From positions 62,901 to 126,900 of the forward strand of contig CAZVTR010000001.1 in assembly GCA_964630305.1 (NCBI GenBank): a stretch of DNA of 64,000 nucleotides, given 5' to 3'. Below the pieces are notes generated by a model that ran no database searches, had not been told where the DNA came from, and saw only the letters and a list, made by a program, of their open reading frames with translations. Source of the stretch: an uncultured Treponemataceae bacterium. Lineage in GTDB: Bacteria; Spirochaetota; Spirochaetia; Treponematales; UBA12059. Made by a program: the position numbers and the translations under genes. Positions within the stretch are counted from its first letter, which is position 1. Each line of letters starts with the position of its first letter. Of the stretch, positions 26,896 through 36,977 are shown piece after piece.

Positions 26896-27772
26896 ACTGT
26901 TTCAACGTTTGTACCTTAATACAGTTGCAGGCTTAAATGCGCTTGATAGGATATGTCTTGATGATATCTTGAATGGTGAAATTTTACCTGTTTGTCTCTC
27001 TCAATCAAATGTTGAAGAGTTAGCGCAGAAACGCATTGATTCATTGCACTGGGATCCGGATAGCTGGAAACGTAAAGCAGAAGAACTGGTGCTGCTCTGT
27101 GAAAAGCAATCTATAATGTGCATATCATTTTTTGATGAAACATATCCATCGCTTTTACGTGAAACAGCGCGTCCTCCCTATCTGTTGTTTGTTCGCGGAA
27201 ACTATCGTATATTGAACATGCACTGTATCACGATTGTAGGCACACGGTATCCTACAGGACTTGGTTTTGAAACTGCTCATGAGTTTGGCAAAACTGCTGG
27301 TGAACGTGGTTTAGTAGTTGTATCGGGATTAGCGCGAGGAATTGATACAGCTAGTCATGCTGGAGCATTACACGGCAACGGTTATACTATTGCAGTCCTT
27401 GGTTCCGGAATTGACTATATATATCCCGCAGGAAATAGGAGCTTGGCTGAAAAAATTATCGCATCTGGAGGTGTGATTGTTTCTGAATATCCTTGCGGCT
27501 ATAAGCCTGGAAAATATACATTTCCAGAGCGTAATAGAATACTTGCTGGCTTATCGGATGCAACTATAGTTGTTGAAGCACCAGAGGGTTCTGGCGCACT
27601 TATAACTGCTGATTTTGCAGTCAATGAAGGTCGTGATGTATTTGTTTCTGCGCGCTGTATCAATTCTATACGCTCATCTGGATGCAGAGCTTTAGAGCGT
27701 GATGGCGCTAGACTGCTTGATTCAATTGATGAAATTCTGGAACAATATATCGAGACAACATTGCTATTTTAA
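26882..27772 (+). CDS. dprA: DNA-processing protein DprA (Smf)
   Basis: The track ORF starts at 26792 inside the TPR gene. ATG 26882 (MDQSKLF...) gives 296 aa. Motifs IVGTRYPT and VVSGLARGIDTASHAGAL. Confidence 0.9.
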   Translation: MDQSKLFQRLYLNTVAGLNALDRICLDDILNGEILPVCLSQSNVEELAQKRIDSLHWDPDSWKRKAEELVLLCEKQSIMCISFFDETYPSLLRETARPPYLLFVRGNYRILNMHCITIVGTRYPTGLGFETAHEFGKTAGERGLVVVSGLARGIDTASHAGALHGNGYTIAVLGSGIDYIYPAGNRSLAEKIIASGGVIVSEYPCGYKPGKYTFPERNRILAGLSDATIVVEAPEGSGALITADFAVNEGRDVFVSARCINSIRSSGCRALERDGARLLDSIDEILEQYIETTLLF

Positions 27773-27784
27773 GGAGAACTATTG

Positions 27785-29953
27785 ATGCCCAAAAAAGCTG
27801 CAACTGGAAAAACAGAAACAAAAAAGAAATCGTCTGCACCTGCAAAAAAATCAACAGCTGAAAAACAAAAAATTTTAGTAATTGTAGAATCACCGGCAAA
27901 AGCGAAAACAATAGAGAAATATCTCGGATCTCGCTATAAAGTGCTTGCATCGATGGGGCACCTTATCGACCTTCCGAAATCGCGGCTGGGCATTGATATA
28001 GAACATGATTTTGAACCTGAGTATCTCACCATTCGCGGGAAAGCAAAACTATTAAAGGAATTGCAGCAGGAATCAAAAAAATCTTCACTCGTGCTGCTGG
28101 CTTCTGATAATGACCGTGAAGGTGAAGCAATAGCCTATCACATACAGCATGCGATTGCAGCAAAAGTACCTGATAAAGAAGTAAAACGAATTGTTTTTAA
28201 TGAAGTAACGCCGAACGCAATCCGTGAGGCCGTGCAGGAGCCTCATGAAATTGATGAGTATAAAGTTGCGGCACAAAAGGCACGAAGAATTCTTGACAGG
28301 TTAGTTGGTTATCATTTATCGCCATTGCTCTGGAAAAAAGTAAAAAATGGTTTATCCGCAGGAAGAGTTCAGTCAGTGGCACTGCGTCTCATATGTGAAC
28401 GTGAGACAGAAGTCGAAGAGTTTATTCCCGAAGAGTATTGGACGCTCGAAGCAGAGTTTAAAAAAGGAAGGCATAAGTTTTCTGCTGAGCTCATACAGTT
28501 TAGACAGGAAAAGCCAGACTTAAAAAAAGAAGCTGATGTTCAAGCTGTTATTGATGCAATCAGTGGCAAACCCTGTATTGTTACCGAAAGAAAAGATCAG
28601 GAAAAAACACAACGTCCTAAACCGCCTTTTACAACATCTAAGCTGCAGCAGGCAGCTGCATCGCGGCTCGGCTTTACCGGCAAAAAAACTATGCAGATTG
28701 CTCAGCAGCTCTATGAAGGAATTACTATAGGTTCAAGCCGTATAGGTCTCATAACCTATATGCGTACCGATTCGGTGCGAATTTCTCCGGTTGCGCTAAA
28801 TGAAGTGCGCAATTATATTAAAAATACTTATCCTGAGGAATTACCTGCAGAACCTGTTTATTATCAGAGTGCAGGAAAGGTTCAGGATGCTCATGAGGCA
28901 ATTCGGCCGACAATCATTGAATACACACCAGATTCAATTCAAAAATATCTCAACCGCGATCAATATAGGTTGTATGCGTTGATATGGGAACAATTTGTAG
29001 CATCGCAGATGCTTCCAGCAAAGTTTTTGAGCACAGCTTACACAATTACTGCGGGAGATGCAGTGTTCCGAGCTTCAAGTTCATTGCTTGTACAAAAAGG
29101 TTTTTATAAAGTATTACAGCTTTCTGTTTCAAGAGATGAAAAGGAAAAAGTTATTCCGGAACTACAGATTAATGAAGTGCTAACGCTGGTAGGCTATAAA
29201 CCCGAACAGCATTTTACACAGGGACCTGCACGGTATACCGATGCTTCAATCGTCAAAGTGCTTGAAGAAAAAGGTATTGGCCGTCCATCTACTTATGCGC
29301 CAATTATATCAACACTGCTTGAACGCTATTATATAACCCGTGAAAATAAACAGCTGGTTCCAACCCAGCTAGGAAAAATAATAAACTCAATTTTAGTTGA
29401 ATATTTTCCAGATATCATTGATGTTGTGTTTACCGCAAATATGGAAAGTTTGCTCGATGAAGTAGAGGACGCACATAGAGACTGGATTACTCCTGTTCGT
29501 GATTTCTTTAATCCATTTTATAAAAAAGTTCAGGAACTCATGGAGACGCTGGAGTCAATAAAAGGCAAGCTTGATGAGCCTACAGAATTTGTCTGTGAAA
29601 AGTGCGGTAAACCAATGGTAAAAAAATTGGGAAGAAATGGTTTCTTCCTCGCTTGTTCTGGTTTCCCCGAATGCAGAAATACTCGTTCTGTACCGTTAGC
29701 ACGATGCCCACGGAAAGACTGTAACGGTTATATTGTGGCTCGCAAAAAATCACGCGGGAAGGGCAGATTGTTTTATGGATGCACTAATTTCCCGGAGTGC
29801 GATTTTGTAACTTATTTTAAGCCATCAGATACCTATTGTCCAAAATGCGGGTGGTTCCTCGTTGAACGATATGATAAAAAGAATGGCTACCATAAAGCCT
29901 GCATAAACCCTGATTGCGATTACCTTCATACTCAGGATGAACACCATGATTGA
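27785..29953 (+). CDS. topA: DNA topoisomerase I with Lys-rich N-terminal extension and C-terminal zinc ribbons
   Basis: ILVIVESPAKAKTIEKYLG (Toprim), catalytic Tyr in ITYMRTDS, and repeated CxxC...CxxC pairs at the C-terminus. A 29-aa leader MPKKAATGKTETKKKSSAPAKKSTAEKQK precedes the Toprim domain. The track begins at TTG 27782. Confidence 0.95.
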   Translation: MPKKAATGKTETKKKSSAPAKKSTAEKQKILVIVESPAKAKTIEKYLGSRYKVLASMGHLIDLPKSRLGIDIEHDFEPEYLTIRGKAKLLKELQQESKKSSLVLLASDNDREGEAIAYHIQHAIAAKVPDKEVKRIVFNEVTPNAIREAVQEPHEIDEYKVAAQKARRILDRLVGYHLSPLLWKKVKNGLSAGRVQSVALRLICERETEVEEFIPEEYWTLEAEFKKGRHKFSAELIQFRQEKPDLKKEADVQAVIDAISGKPCIVTERKDQEKTQRPKPPFTTSKLQQAAASRLGFTGKKTMQIAQQLYEGITIGSSRIGLITYMRTDSVRISPVALNEVRNYIKNTYPEELPAEPVYYQSAGKVQDAHEAIRPTIIEYTPDSIQKYLNRDQYRLYALIWEQFVASQMLPAKFLSTAYTITAGDAVFRASSSLLVQKGFYKVLQLSVSRDEKEKVIPELQINEVLTLVGYKPEQHFTQGPARYTDASIVKVLEEKGIGRPSTYAPIISTLLERYYITRENKQLVPTQLGKIINSILVEYFPDIIDVVFTANMESLLDEVEDAHRDWITPVRDFFNPFYKKVQELMETLESIKGKLDEPTEFVCEKCGKPMVKKLGRNGFFLACSGFPECRNTRSVPLARCPRKDCNGYIVARKKSRGKGRLFYGCTNFPECDFVTYFKPSDTYCPKCGWFLVERYDKKNGYHKACINPDCDYLHTQDEHHD

Positions 29954-30851
29954 AGAATATATAACCTATATTGCAGCAGTAAAAAATTTATCCTCTCGCA
30001 CAATAGATTCCTATAGGGAAGATTTAAAACTGTTTGCTTCTTTTTGTGAAGCAGAGCATATTCACATACTTGACGTACAACCAGAAACAATACTCCATTA
30101 TATTGCCTGGCTTTCAGAAAAGAAGTATTCCAGGGCTTCAGTTAATAGAATGCTTTCTTCCATTAAAGGATTTTTTCGTTATTGTCTTCGTTTTGGAAAA
30201 ATAGCTGTAAATCCCGCAAACGATATTGAATCGGTGCCAGGTAAAAGAAAATTGCCTAATTTTTTATTTGAAAGCGAAATTGAAGCATTGCAGGAAATTA
30301 TTGGTAATACAGCATCTTTTACTGGTGCAAGAAATCAGGCGCTGCTTGCCGTGCTGTTCAGTACTGGATGCCGTGTTTCAGAAATTGCAAACATAAAGCT
30401 TGAAGACATTAATTTTGATAAACATTCAATCCGTGTAACGGGAAAAGGTTCAAAAGAGCGACAAGTGTTTCTCTCGTCACATGCTGAGAATGCTCTAAAA
30501 AATTATCTTGCATACCGCCAGGCTTTGCAGGGAATAAATACTAGTTATGTTTTTGTCAATCGTTTAGGAAAACCATTAACTCGAAGAGGTATAGCATATA
30601 TTCTTGATGTACTTCAGCAAAAAAGTAATATAAAAAAACATGTGACCCCGCATATGCTCAGGCACAGTTTTGCTACAAAACTTGTTTCAAATGGTGCTGA
30701 TATACGTTCAGTTCAAGCTATGCTAGGCCATGAAAACTTATCTACGACACAGATTTATACACATGTAGATCTCGAACGACTTCGAAATGTCTATAGAGAG
30801 GCACACCCTCATTCGGTACGAAAAAATGAAAACCTGGAGGAACATACATGA
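29937..30851 (+). CDS. xerC: tyrosine site-specific recombinase, XerC/CodV-like
   Basis: 304 aa. [38 protein letters not shown]. It lies immediately upstream of hslVU, as codV does in Bacillus subtilis. Confidence 0.8.
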   Translation: MNTMIEEYITYIAAVKNLSSRTIDSYREDLKLFASFCEAEHIHILDVQPETILHYIAWLSEKKYSRASVNRMLSSIKGFFRYCLRFGKIAVNPANDIESVPGKRKLPNFLFESEIEALQEIIGNTASFTGARNQALLAVLFSTGCRVSEIANIKLEDINFDKHSIRVTGKGSKERQVFLSSHAENALKNYLAYRQALQGINTSYVFVNRLGKPLTRRGIAYILDVLQQKSNIKKHVTPHMLRHSFATKLVSNGADIRSVQAMLGHENLSTTQIYTHVDLERLRNVYREAHPHSVRKNENLEEHT

Positions 30852-31393
30852 AGAAGTATCCCGAAATACGGAGCACGACAATTCTTGCGGTTAAAAAGAA
30901 TGGTAAAGTAGCAATGGCTGGAGACGGTCAGGTTACGCTTGGAAATACGGTTATAAAAAGCAATGCGCGAAAAATAAGAAAAATATATAACGATACAATT
31001 CTTGCTGGCTTTGCAGGTGCAACAGCTGATGCTTTTACGCTGCTTGAAAGATTTGAAGAAAAAGTGAAAGAATTTTCGGGCGATATTTTACGTGCATCGG
31101 TAGAGCTTGCAAAAGACTGGCGCACCGATAAAATGCTCAGAAAACTAGAAGCAATGATGATTGTGGCAAATGCTGAAAAAATATTATTGCTTTCTGGAAC
31201 TGGTGATGTTATTGAACCTTCCGATAATGCTATTGCAATAGGTTCTGGCGGTCCTTATGCGTATGCTGCCGCAATGGCATATCTAGAAAGTTCAGAGTAC
31301 AGTGCCAGTGAAATTGCTCGAAAGAGCCTTGCCATCGCAGGGGGCATATGCATTTATACGAACAGAGAAATACTGGTAGAGGAGCTTCCATGA
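30848..31393 (+). CDS. hslV: ATP-dependent protease subunit HslV
   Basis: 181 aa. [21 protein letters not shown] (N-terminal Thr protease). ATGA overlap with the xerC stop. Confidence 0.95.
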   Translation: MKKYPEIRSTTILAVKKNGKVAMAGDGQVTLGNTVIKSNARKIRKIYNDTILAGFAGATADAFTLLERFEEKVKEFSGDILRASVELAKDWRTDKMLRKLEAMMIVANAEKILLLSGTGDVIEPSDNAIAIGSGGPYAYAAAMAYLESSEYSASEIARKSLAIAGGICIYTNREILVEELP

Positions 31394-32733
31394 ACGATTT
31401 TGAAACATTGACGCCAAAAAAAATAGTAGAAGAACTCGATAGATTTATCATTGGTCAAACTAAAGCAAAAAAAGCCGTAGCGATAGCTCTTCGCAATCGG
31501 ATACGCCGCATGAAACTAGCACCCGAAGATCGTGAAGAGATAGCGCCTAAAAATATTCTTATGATTGGTCCTACCGGTGTCGGAAAAACTGAAATTGCGC
31601 GCCGCTTAGCAAAACTATGCAACGCCCCGTTTGTAAAAGTTGAGGCTACAAAGTATACCGAAGTTGGTTACGTAGGAAGAGATGTTGAATCGATGATACG
31701 AGACTTAATGGCTGCCGGTTACCGGATGGTTATGGAAGAACTTAGGGAAGAAGTGTTAAATACTGCACAACAGAAAGTCACTGACCGTATACTCGATGCA
31801 TTGTTGCCAGGTGTTCAGCCTCAAACACAGAGTGAAAACGTTATCACACCTAATCCAACGCGGGAGTGGTTAAAAGGCCAGCTCGAGCGTGGAGAATTAG
31901 ATGACCGAGAAATAGAAATTGAAGTAACTACGCAAAACGGTGGTGCTCTCGAAATTTTTGCAGGCCAGCCGTTCGAGGATTTAGAAAGTACTTTTTCAGG
32001 CATTGCAGGGTTGTTTGGCGGCAAAGGCAAAAAAAAGCGACGCATGAAGATTCGTGAAGCCCGCAATGTACTTTTACAGGAAGAATCAGAAAAACTCATC
32101 GATAAAGATAAAGCTACTGAGATTGCTCGGGAACGCGTTGAACAGAATGGAATAATCTTTGTTGATGAAATAGACAAAATAGCATCACGAGCAGGACAGA
32201 CATCTTCTATCGATGTTTCCCGCGAAGGTGTTCAGCGCGATATTCTGCCAATTGTGGAAGGTTCAAAAGTAAGCACAAGGTATGGCATTGTCGATACGAC
32301 GCATATACTCTTTATTGCTGCAGGCGCTTTTACGGTTTCAAAACCAACTGATTTGATACCTGAACTTCAGGGACGTTTCCCCATTCGAGTAGAGCTTGAC
32401 TCGCTCAATGCAGCAGATTTTGAAAAGATTCTTATAGAACCAGAAAACTCATTGATAAGGCAGTATACACAATTGCTTGAAACAGAGTCGGTAAAACTTA
32501 CTTTTACACCGCAGGCTATTCATGAACTTGCAGTTATTTGTGAACAGGCCAATAAGCAAACAGAGAATATTGGAGCGCGGAGACTGCATACCATAATGGA
32601 ACATTTGCTTGAAGACATTTCATTCAGCGCATCAGAAAAGAAAGGAGAAACAGTAACTATCGATGAGGCATTTGTAGCCGAACGTTTTAAAGGTATCTTT
32701 GAGCGGCCCGATTTGGCAAAATTTATATTATAA
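31390..32733 (+). CDS. hslU: ATP-dependent protease ATPase subunit HslU
   Basis: The track ORF starts at 31348. ATG 31390 ([23 protein letters not shown]) overlaps the hslV stop (ATGA). Walker [16 protein letters not shown] and IIFVDEIDK. Confidence 0.95.
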   Translation: MNDFETLTPKKIVEELDRFIIGQTKAKKAVAIALRNRIRRMKLAPEDREEIAPKNILMIGPTGVGKTEIARRLAKLCNAPFVKVEATKYTEVGYVGRDVESMIRDLMAAGYRMVMEELREEVLNTAQQKVTDRILDALLPGVQPQTQSENVITPNPTREWLKGQLERGELDDREIEIEVTTQNGGALEIFAGQPFEDLESTFSGIAGLFGGKGKKKRRMKIREARNVLLQEESEKLIDKDKATEIARERVEQNGIIFVDEIDKIASRAGQTSSIDVSREGVQRDILPIVEGSKVSTRYGIVDTTHILFIAAGAFTVSKPTDLIPELQGRFPIRVELDSLNAADFEKILIEPENSLIRQYTQLLETESVKLTFTPQAIHELAVICEQANKQTENIGARRLHTIMEHLLEDISFSASEKKGETVTIDEAFVAERFKGIFERPDLAKFIL

Positions 32734-32755
32734 GCTCAAGTTGCTGTGCCGATAG
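32729..32755 (+). promoter_or_regulatory. sigma28-like promoter candidate upstream of flgB (TATA-N15-GCCGATAG)
   Basis: GCCGATAG at 32748..32755 matches 7/8 of the sigma28 -10 consensus GCCGATAA. TATA at 32729..32732 gives N15 spacing and matches 3/4 of TAAA. It is 21 nt before the flgB ATG. No sigma70 pair is visible in the 43-nt gap. Confidence 0.3.
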
Positions 32756-32776
32756 TAAGTTTAAGAGAGGTTTCGT

Positions 32777-33196
32777 ATGCTTGAAAATACACGATTTGGC
32801 AAAACTATTGAATTACTTTCCCGCTCTATGGATGTTGCCATGTTACGGCGGGATGTTATAGCAAATAATATCGCCAACGCTGATGTGCCTAATTTCAAGC
32901 GTTCAGAGATTAATTTTGAATCTGCACTCAAGCGTGCCCTGGATTCAGAGAATTATCAGCCAAAACTTGAGCTTATAACAACAGACCCTCGGCATATTCC
33001 TTCGTATAAAAAGATTGACTGGCGCTCAGTTCAGCCACGAAGGGTTCTTGATTATCTTTCAACCGAGAAAAACAACGGCAATAATGTGAATCCGGAAGAA
33101 GAACTTATGGCATCCTTGCAAAATCAGCTCATGTACACACTGATGACTCAGGCAGCAAATTTTGAATTTAACCAGGTTAATCTGGTATTACGGTAG
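32777..33196 (+). CDS. flgB: flagellar basal-body rod protein FlgB
   Basis: 139 aa. ANNIANADVPNFKR rod-protein N-terminal motif. First gene of the cluster. Confidence 0.92.
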   Translation: MLENTRFGKTIELLSRSMDVAMLRRDVIANNIANADVPNFKRSEINFESALKRALDSENYQPKLELITTDPRHIPSYKKIDWRSVQPRRVLDYLSTEKNNGNNVNPEEELMASLQNQLMYTLMTQAANFEFNQVNLVLR

Positions 33197-33205
33197 GGGT
33201 AAACT

Positions 33206-33664
33206 ATGGGATTGTTTTCATCAATTAATATAGCATCGACAGGACTAACTGTAGAACGAATTCGGCAAGATGTTATAGCAAACAATATCGCTAATGTTTC
33301 GACTACGAGAACCCCTGAGGGCGGCCCGTTCAGGAGAAGCAGGGTGATTTTGCGGCCCAAAGTTGACACACCGTATTTTCGTTTGCCGTTTCTTCCTCAG
33401 CAATGGGATAATGGCGCTGGAAGAGGTGTTCGAGTGAGCGAAATTCAAAAAGATATGAGTACGGAAACGAGGCTGGTGTATGATCCGACACATCCAGACG
33501 CAATAAAGACAGGTCCTCGCGCTGGTTATGTGGAAATGCCCAATGTCAATATTGTTACCGAAATGGTTGATTTGATAGCTTCTTCAAGAGCCTATGAAGC
33601 GAATTCATCAATTATTAATGGTTCCAAAGCAATGTTTCTTAAGGCTCTGGAGATTGGAAGATAG
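33206..33664 (+). CDS. flgC: flagellar basal-body rod protein FlgC
   Basis: 152 aa. IANNIANVSTTRT, and C-terminal SRAYEANSSIINGSKAM. Confidence 0.93.
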   Translation: MGLFSSINIASTGLTVERIRQDVIANNIANVSTTRTPEGGPFRRSRVILRPKVDTPYFRLPFLPQQWDNGAGRGVRVSEIQKDMSTETRLVYDPTHPDAIKTGPRAGYVEMPNVNIVTEMVDLIASSRAYEANSSIINGSKAMFLKALEIGR

Positions 33665-33674
33665 GGAGGGGTAA

Positions 33675-34088
33675 ATGGCAGTTTCAACAATGGATAGTCT
33701 TATCCAGTATATAAACGTAACCTCAAACAGTTTTAAAAATCCGGAGCAGCCGGCTCTTGCACCGCAGGGTATGCTGGCTCGGGGCGATAAAATAAAATTG
33801 GAAAAAGCAGACCCTCGGCATTTTGTTTCAGAGGGAGTTTTAGGTGCAGAGGAAGATTCCCAGACTACGCCTACGTTTGAAGATGCAATGCTTCAAGCGC
33901 TCAACGGAGTCAATGAGCTCCAAAATGAGAGCAGTGATGCTATTGAGGCAATGCTGACAGATCCTGATTCAATTGATGCGCATGAAGTAACACTAGCTAT
34001 GGCAAAAGCAAATATGTCGCTTAATATAACACGTACTATTCTTGATAGAGTAGTTCGCGCATGGAGAGATTTAATCAATACTCGATAA
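33675..34088 (+). CDS. fliE: flagellar hook-basal body complex protein FliE
   Basis: 137 aa. C-terminal FliE-type region HEVTLAMAKANMSLNITRTILDRVVRAWRDLIN. Position after flgC. Confidence 0.85.
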   Translation: MAVSTMDSLIQYINVTSNSFKNPEQPALAPQGMLARGDKIKLEKADPRHFVSEGVLGAEEDSQTTPTFEDAMLQALNGVNELQNESSDAIEAMLTDPDSIDAHEVTLAMAKANMSLNITRTILDRVVRAWRDLINTR

Positions 34089-34146
34089 ACTGTTCTGGGA
34101 GGCACAGTCTGTTGGGTATCTGATTCGTTCGTGACGGGAGGGGAAT

Positions 34147-35853
34147 ATGAACGAATGGTTAAAAAAAATTGTAAATCAAATTAAAAGCGCTTGGGGCAAA
34201 TGGAAGCTAGTACAAAAATTAGCTGTCATTGGTATTGGTGTGGCGCTCATCGCTGCAATTATAATCACTATTGCAGTATCACGAACGCCAACGATGGTCC
34301 GGCTCATCAATACGCCAATAAAAAACGATGAAGAACTCAGGCTCATTGCTAATGCACTTGATCGTGAAGGAATTGCATTCCAGGTTGGTGAAAATAATAT
34401 AATTTATGTTAAAGATGAAAAAACTCGATCAAAAGCAAATGCAATACTTCTCCGAGAAGATCTAATTCCGAAAGGAACAGATCCATGGGCAGTGTTTGCT
34501 ATTGATCGCTTTACCGTTACCGATTTTGAACGCAATGTTAATTTACGAAAAGCAATTATTGCTCAGGTAACACGGCATATCGAATCGCTCGATGATGTTG
34601 ATAAAGCGAATGTTATCATTGAAATACCTGAGGATAAGCTTTTTTCCGAAGACCAAAAGCCCGTAACAGCAAGTGTTATTATTTACCCAAAACCCGGCTC
34701 AGATATTGCAACCAATCGCAAAAAACTGGAAGGCATACAAAAAATTATTAAGTTTGCAGTTTCAGGTTTAACCGATGAAAATATTGTCATCACTGATAAA
34801 AACGGCATTGTACTCAATGACTTTGCAGGTATGGCCGATTTTGACCGCCTAGAAAGAACCAAACGTGAACAGCAGATAATTCAGCGGTTAGAGGCTGAAT
34901 ATCGTGCAAAAATATTAAATGCCTTGCAGCTTGCTTATACAAAAGACAGAGTGCGGGATCTCAATATCAAAATTGAAATGGATATGAGCAAAAAAGCGGT
35001 TCAAACCGAAGAGTATTTCCCCTTTGTGCTTAAACCTGATAATCCTTTAACTCCGTATGATGATTCTGATATTCGTCCCAGTGTACGGCTCTCAACCGAA
35101 AAAACAACCTATGAATATCAGGGAACTGGCTTTAATCCAGAAGGTCCTGCTGGAATGGAGGGACAGACGGCTCCTGCCTACAAAGATTTACAGAACATGG
35201 TAGGAAAAGCAAAACAGGAACATACGCTTGAAAATGAAGCATTAAATAAAAGAAATATCACGGAAGAACGTTCCCCGCAAATCGATCGTGTTTCAGTTTC
35301 TGTTAATATTGATGGCCGCTGGGTATATAAAATGAATGAAAAGGGAGAATACATTACAAAGCCAGACGGAACGCTCGAACGGGAATATATTCCGCTCACA
35401 CAAAAAGAACTTGATGATGTAACTGCGTTAATTCAAGGCGCAATTGCATTTGATCGAGCGCGCGGCGATCTTGTTGTTGTAAAAAATGTACCCTTTGATA
35501 GAACAGAAGAATTTAGAGCGGAAGATGCAAAAATCTTAGCACAGAAACAGCGCGAAAAAATAATTTTTCTTTCGCTTGCAGGTTTAGCGGTTTTACTGTT
35601 ATCATTTATTATATACAGAATTATAGCCAGGGAAATTGAGCGGAAACGGCGTATTCTTGAAGAAAAGCGAGCCCTTGAACAGCAGATGCTTCGTGAAAAT
35701 GCTCTCAGGCAAGCTGAAGAGCAAAATCTTGAAGTTTCAATGTCAGTTGAAGAGCGAAAGCGTCTTGACCTTCAGGAACATGCAATCAATATGGCAAAAG
35801 AGCATCCTGAGGATGTCGCTCAGCTCATACGCACCTGGCTCAGAGAGGATTAG
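34147..35853 (+). CDS. fliF: flagellar MS-ring protein FliF
   Basis: 568 aa. N-terminal TM (LAVIGIGVALIAAIIITIAV), a long periplasmic region, a second TM (IIFLSLAGLAVLLLSFIIY), and a C-terminal FliG-binding tail ...AQLIRTWL. Confidence 0.92.
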   Translation: MNEWLKKIVNQIKSAWGKWKLVQKLAVIGIGVALIAAIIITIAVSRTPTMVRLINTPIKNDEELRLIANALDREGIAFQVGENNIIYVKDEKTRSKANAILLREDLIPKGTDPWAVFAIDRFTVTDFERNVNLRKAIIAQVTRHIESLDDVDKANVIIEIPEDKLFSEDQKPVTASVIIYPKPGSDIATNRKKLEGIQKIIKFAVSGLTDENIVITDKNGIVLNDFAGMADFDRLERTKREQQIIQRLEAEYRAKILNALQLAYTKDRVRDLNIKIEMDMSKKAVQTEEYFPFVLKPDNPLTPYDDSDIRPSVRLSTEKTTYEYQGTGFNPEGPAGMEGQTAPAYKDLQNMVGKAKQEHTLENEALNKRNITEERSPQIDRVSVSVNIDGRWVYKMNEKGEYITKPDGTLEREYIPLTQKELDDVTALIQGAIAFDRARGDLVVVKNVPFDRTEEFRAEDAKILAQKQREKIIFLSLAGLAVLLLSFIIYRIIAREIERKRRILEEKRALEQQMLRENALRQAEEQNLEVSMSVEERKRLDLQEHAINMAKEHPEDVAQLIRTWLRED

Positions 35854-35877
35854 GAAACGGTCGTAAGGAGGTAGAAA

Positions 35878-36954
35878 ATGGCGCAGGCTGCTCAAACAAA
35901 AGGAAAAGCAGCTGCTTCGGTACAAGCAGCGGGTAAAAAGACGCCTAAAACTATAAAAGATTTATCAGGCCGTCAGAAAGCTGCAATTTTTCTCATCTCT
36001 TTAGGAAGTGAGCTTTCAGCTGAAATCTTTAAACATTTACGCGAAGATGAAATAGAAACATTAACGTTTGAAATAGCCCGAACCGATAATGTCGAGCCGG
36101 AGCTCAAAGAAGCTGTGCTGATGGAATTCCAGGAACTCATGATGGCAAGTGAGTTTATTACAACGGGCGGTATTGACTATGCTCGGGAATTGCTTGAGAA
36201 ATCTTTAGGTTCGCAAAAGGCAATTGATATCATAAACCGACTAACCAGTTCGCTCCAGGTACGACCGTTTGATTTTATCAGAAGAACTGACCCGGAAAAC
36301 CTTCTTAACTTTATTCAGAACGAGCATCCTCAGACTATAGCACTTATTCTTGCCTATCTTGAACCCAATAAAGCAAGCTATATTCTTACAAAGTTAAATA
36401 AAGATATTCAGGGTGACGTAGCACGCCGTATTGCAACCATGGATAGAACATCTCCTGAAGTTCTGCGTGAAGTTGAGCGGGTGTTGGAAAAGAAACTTTC
36501 TACCTTGACAAATGAAGACTACACGCTGGCAGGCGGTGTTGATGCTATTGTAGAAATACTCAACCTTGCAGATCGAACAACAGAAAAAGGTATTCTTGAA
36601 GCGCTCGAGGATGAAAATCCAGAGTTGGCCGAAGAAATCAAAAAGAAAATGTTCCTATTCGAAGATATTGTTATGCTGGACAACAAATCTATTGCAAAGG
36701 TGCTGCGTGAAGTTGATCAGCAAGATTTGACAAAAGCGCTTAAAGGTGTTGATCAGGAAGTTGCTGATAAGATCTTGCAGAATATGTCAAAGCGTGCTCA
36801 GCAAAACCTCAAGGAAGATATGGAATACATGGGTCCTGTTCGCATAAAAGACGTAGAAGAAGCACAACAGAAAATTGTAGCAATCATCAGGCATCTTGAA
36901 GATATTGGTGAAATTATTATAGCTCGCGGTGAGGATGATCAGTTAGTACAGTAA
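35878..36954 (+). CDS. fliG: flagellar motor switch protein FliG
   Basis: 358 aa. LSGRQKAAIFLISLG, MFLFEDI motif, torque-helix region QKIVAIIRHLEDIGEI. Confidence 0.95.
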   Translation: MAQAAQTKGKAAASVQAAGKKTPKTIKDLSGRQKAAIFLISLGSELSAEIFKHLREDEIETLTFEIARTDNVEPELKEAVLMEFQELMMASEFITTGGIDYARELLEKSLGSQKAIDIINRLTSSLQVRPFDFIRRTDPENLLNFIQNEHPQTIALILAYLEPNKASYILTKLNKDIQGDVARRIATMDRTSPEVLREVERVLEKKLSTLTNEDYTLAGGVDAIVEILNLADRTTEKGILEALEDENPELAEEIKKKMFLFEDIVMLDNKSIAKVLREVDQQDLTKALKGVDQEVADKILQNMSKRAQQNLKEDMEYMGPVRIKDVEEAQQKIVAIIRHLEDIGEIIIARGEDDQLVQ

Positions 36955-36977
36955 ACAAAGAGTAATAAGGGAAAACA

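Noticed and set aside
25208-30851. Two tyrosine recombinases as markers of an integrated phage or integrative element
   Set aside because: Both are about 300-aa Xer-type enzymes with the full R-H-R-Y set. They are embedded among housekeeping genes (ftsZ, dprA, topA, hslVU) in a conserved order. There are no flanking direct repeats, tRNA, or phage or transfer genes.
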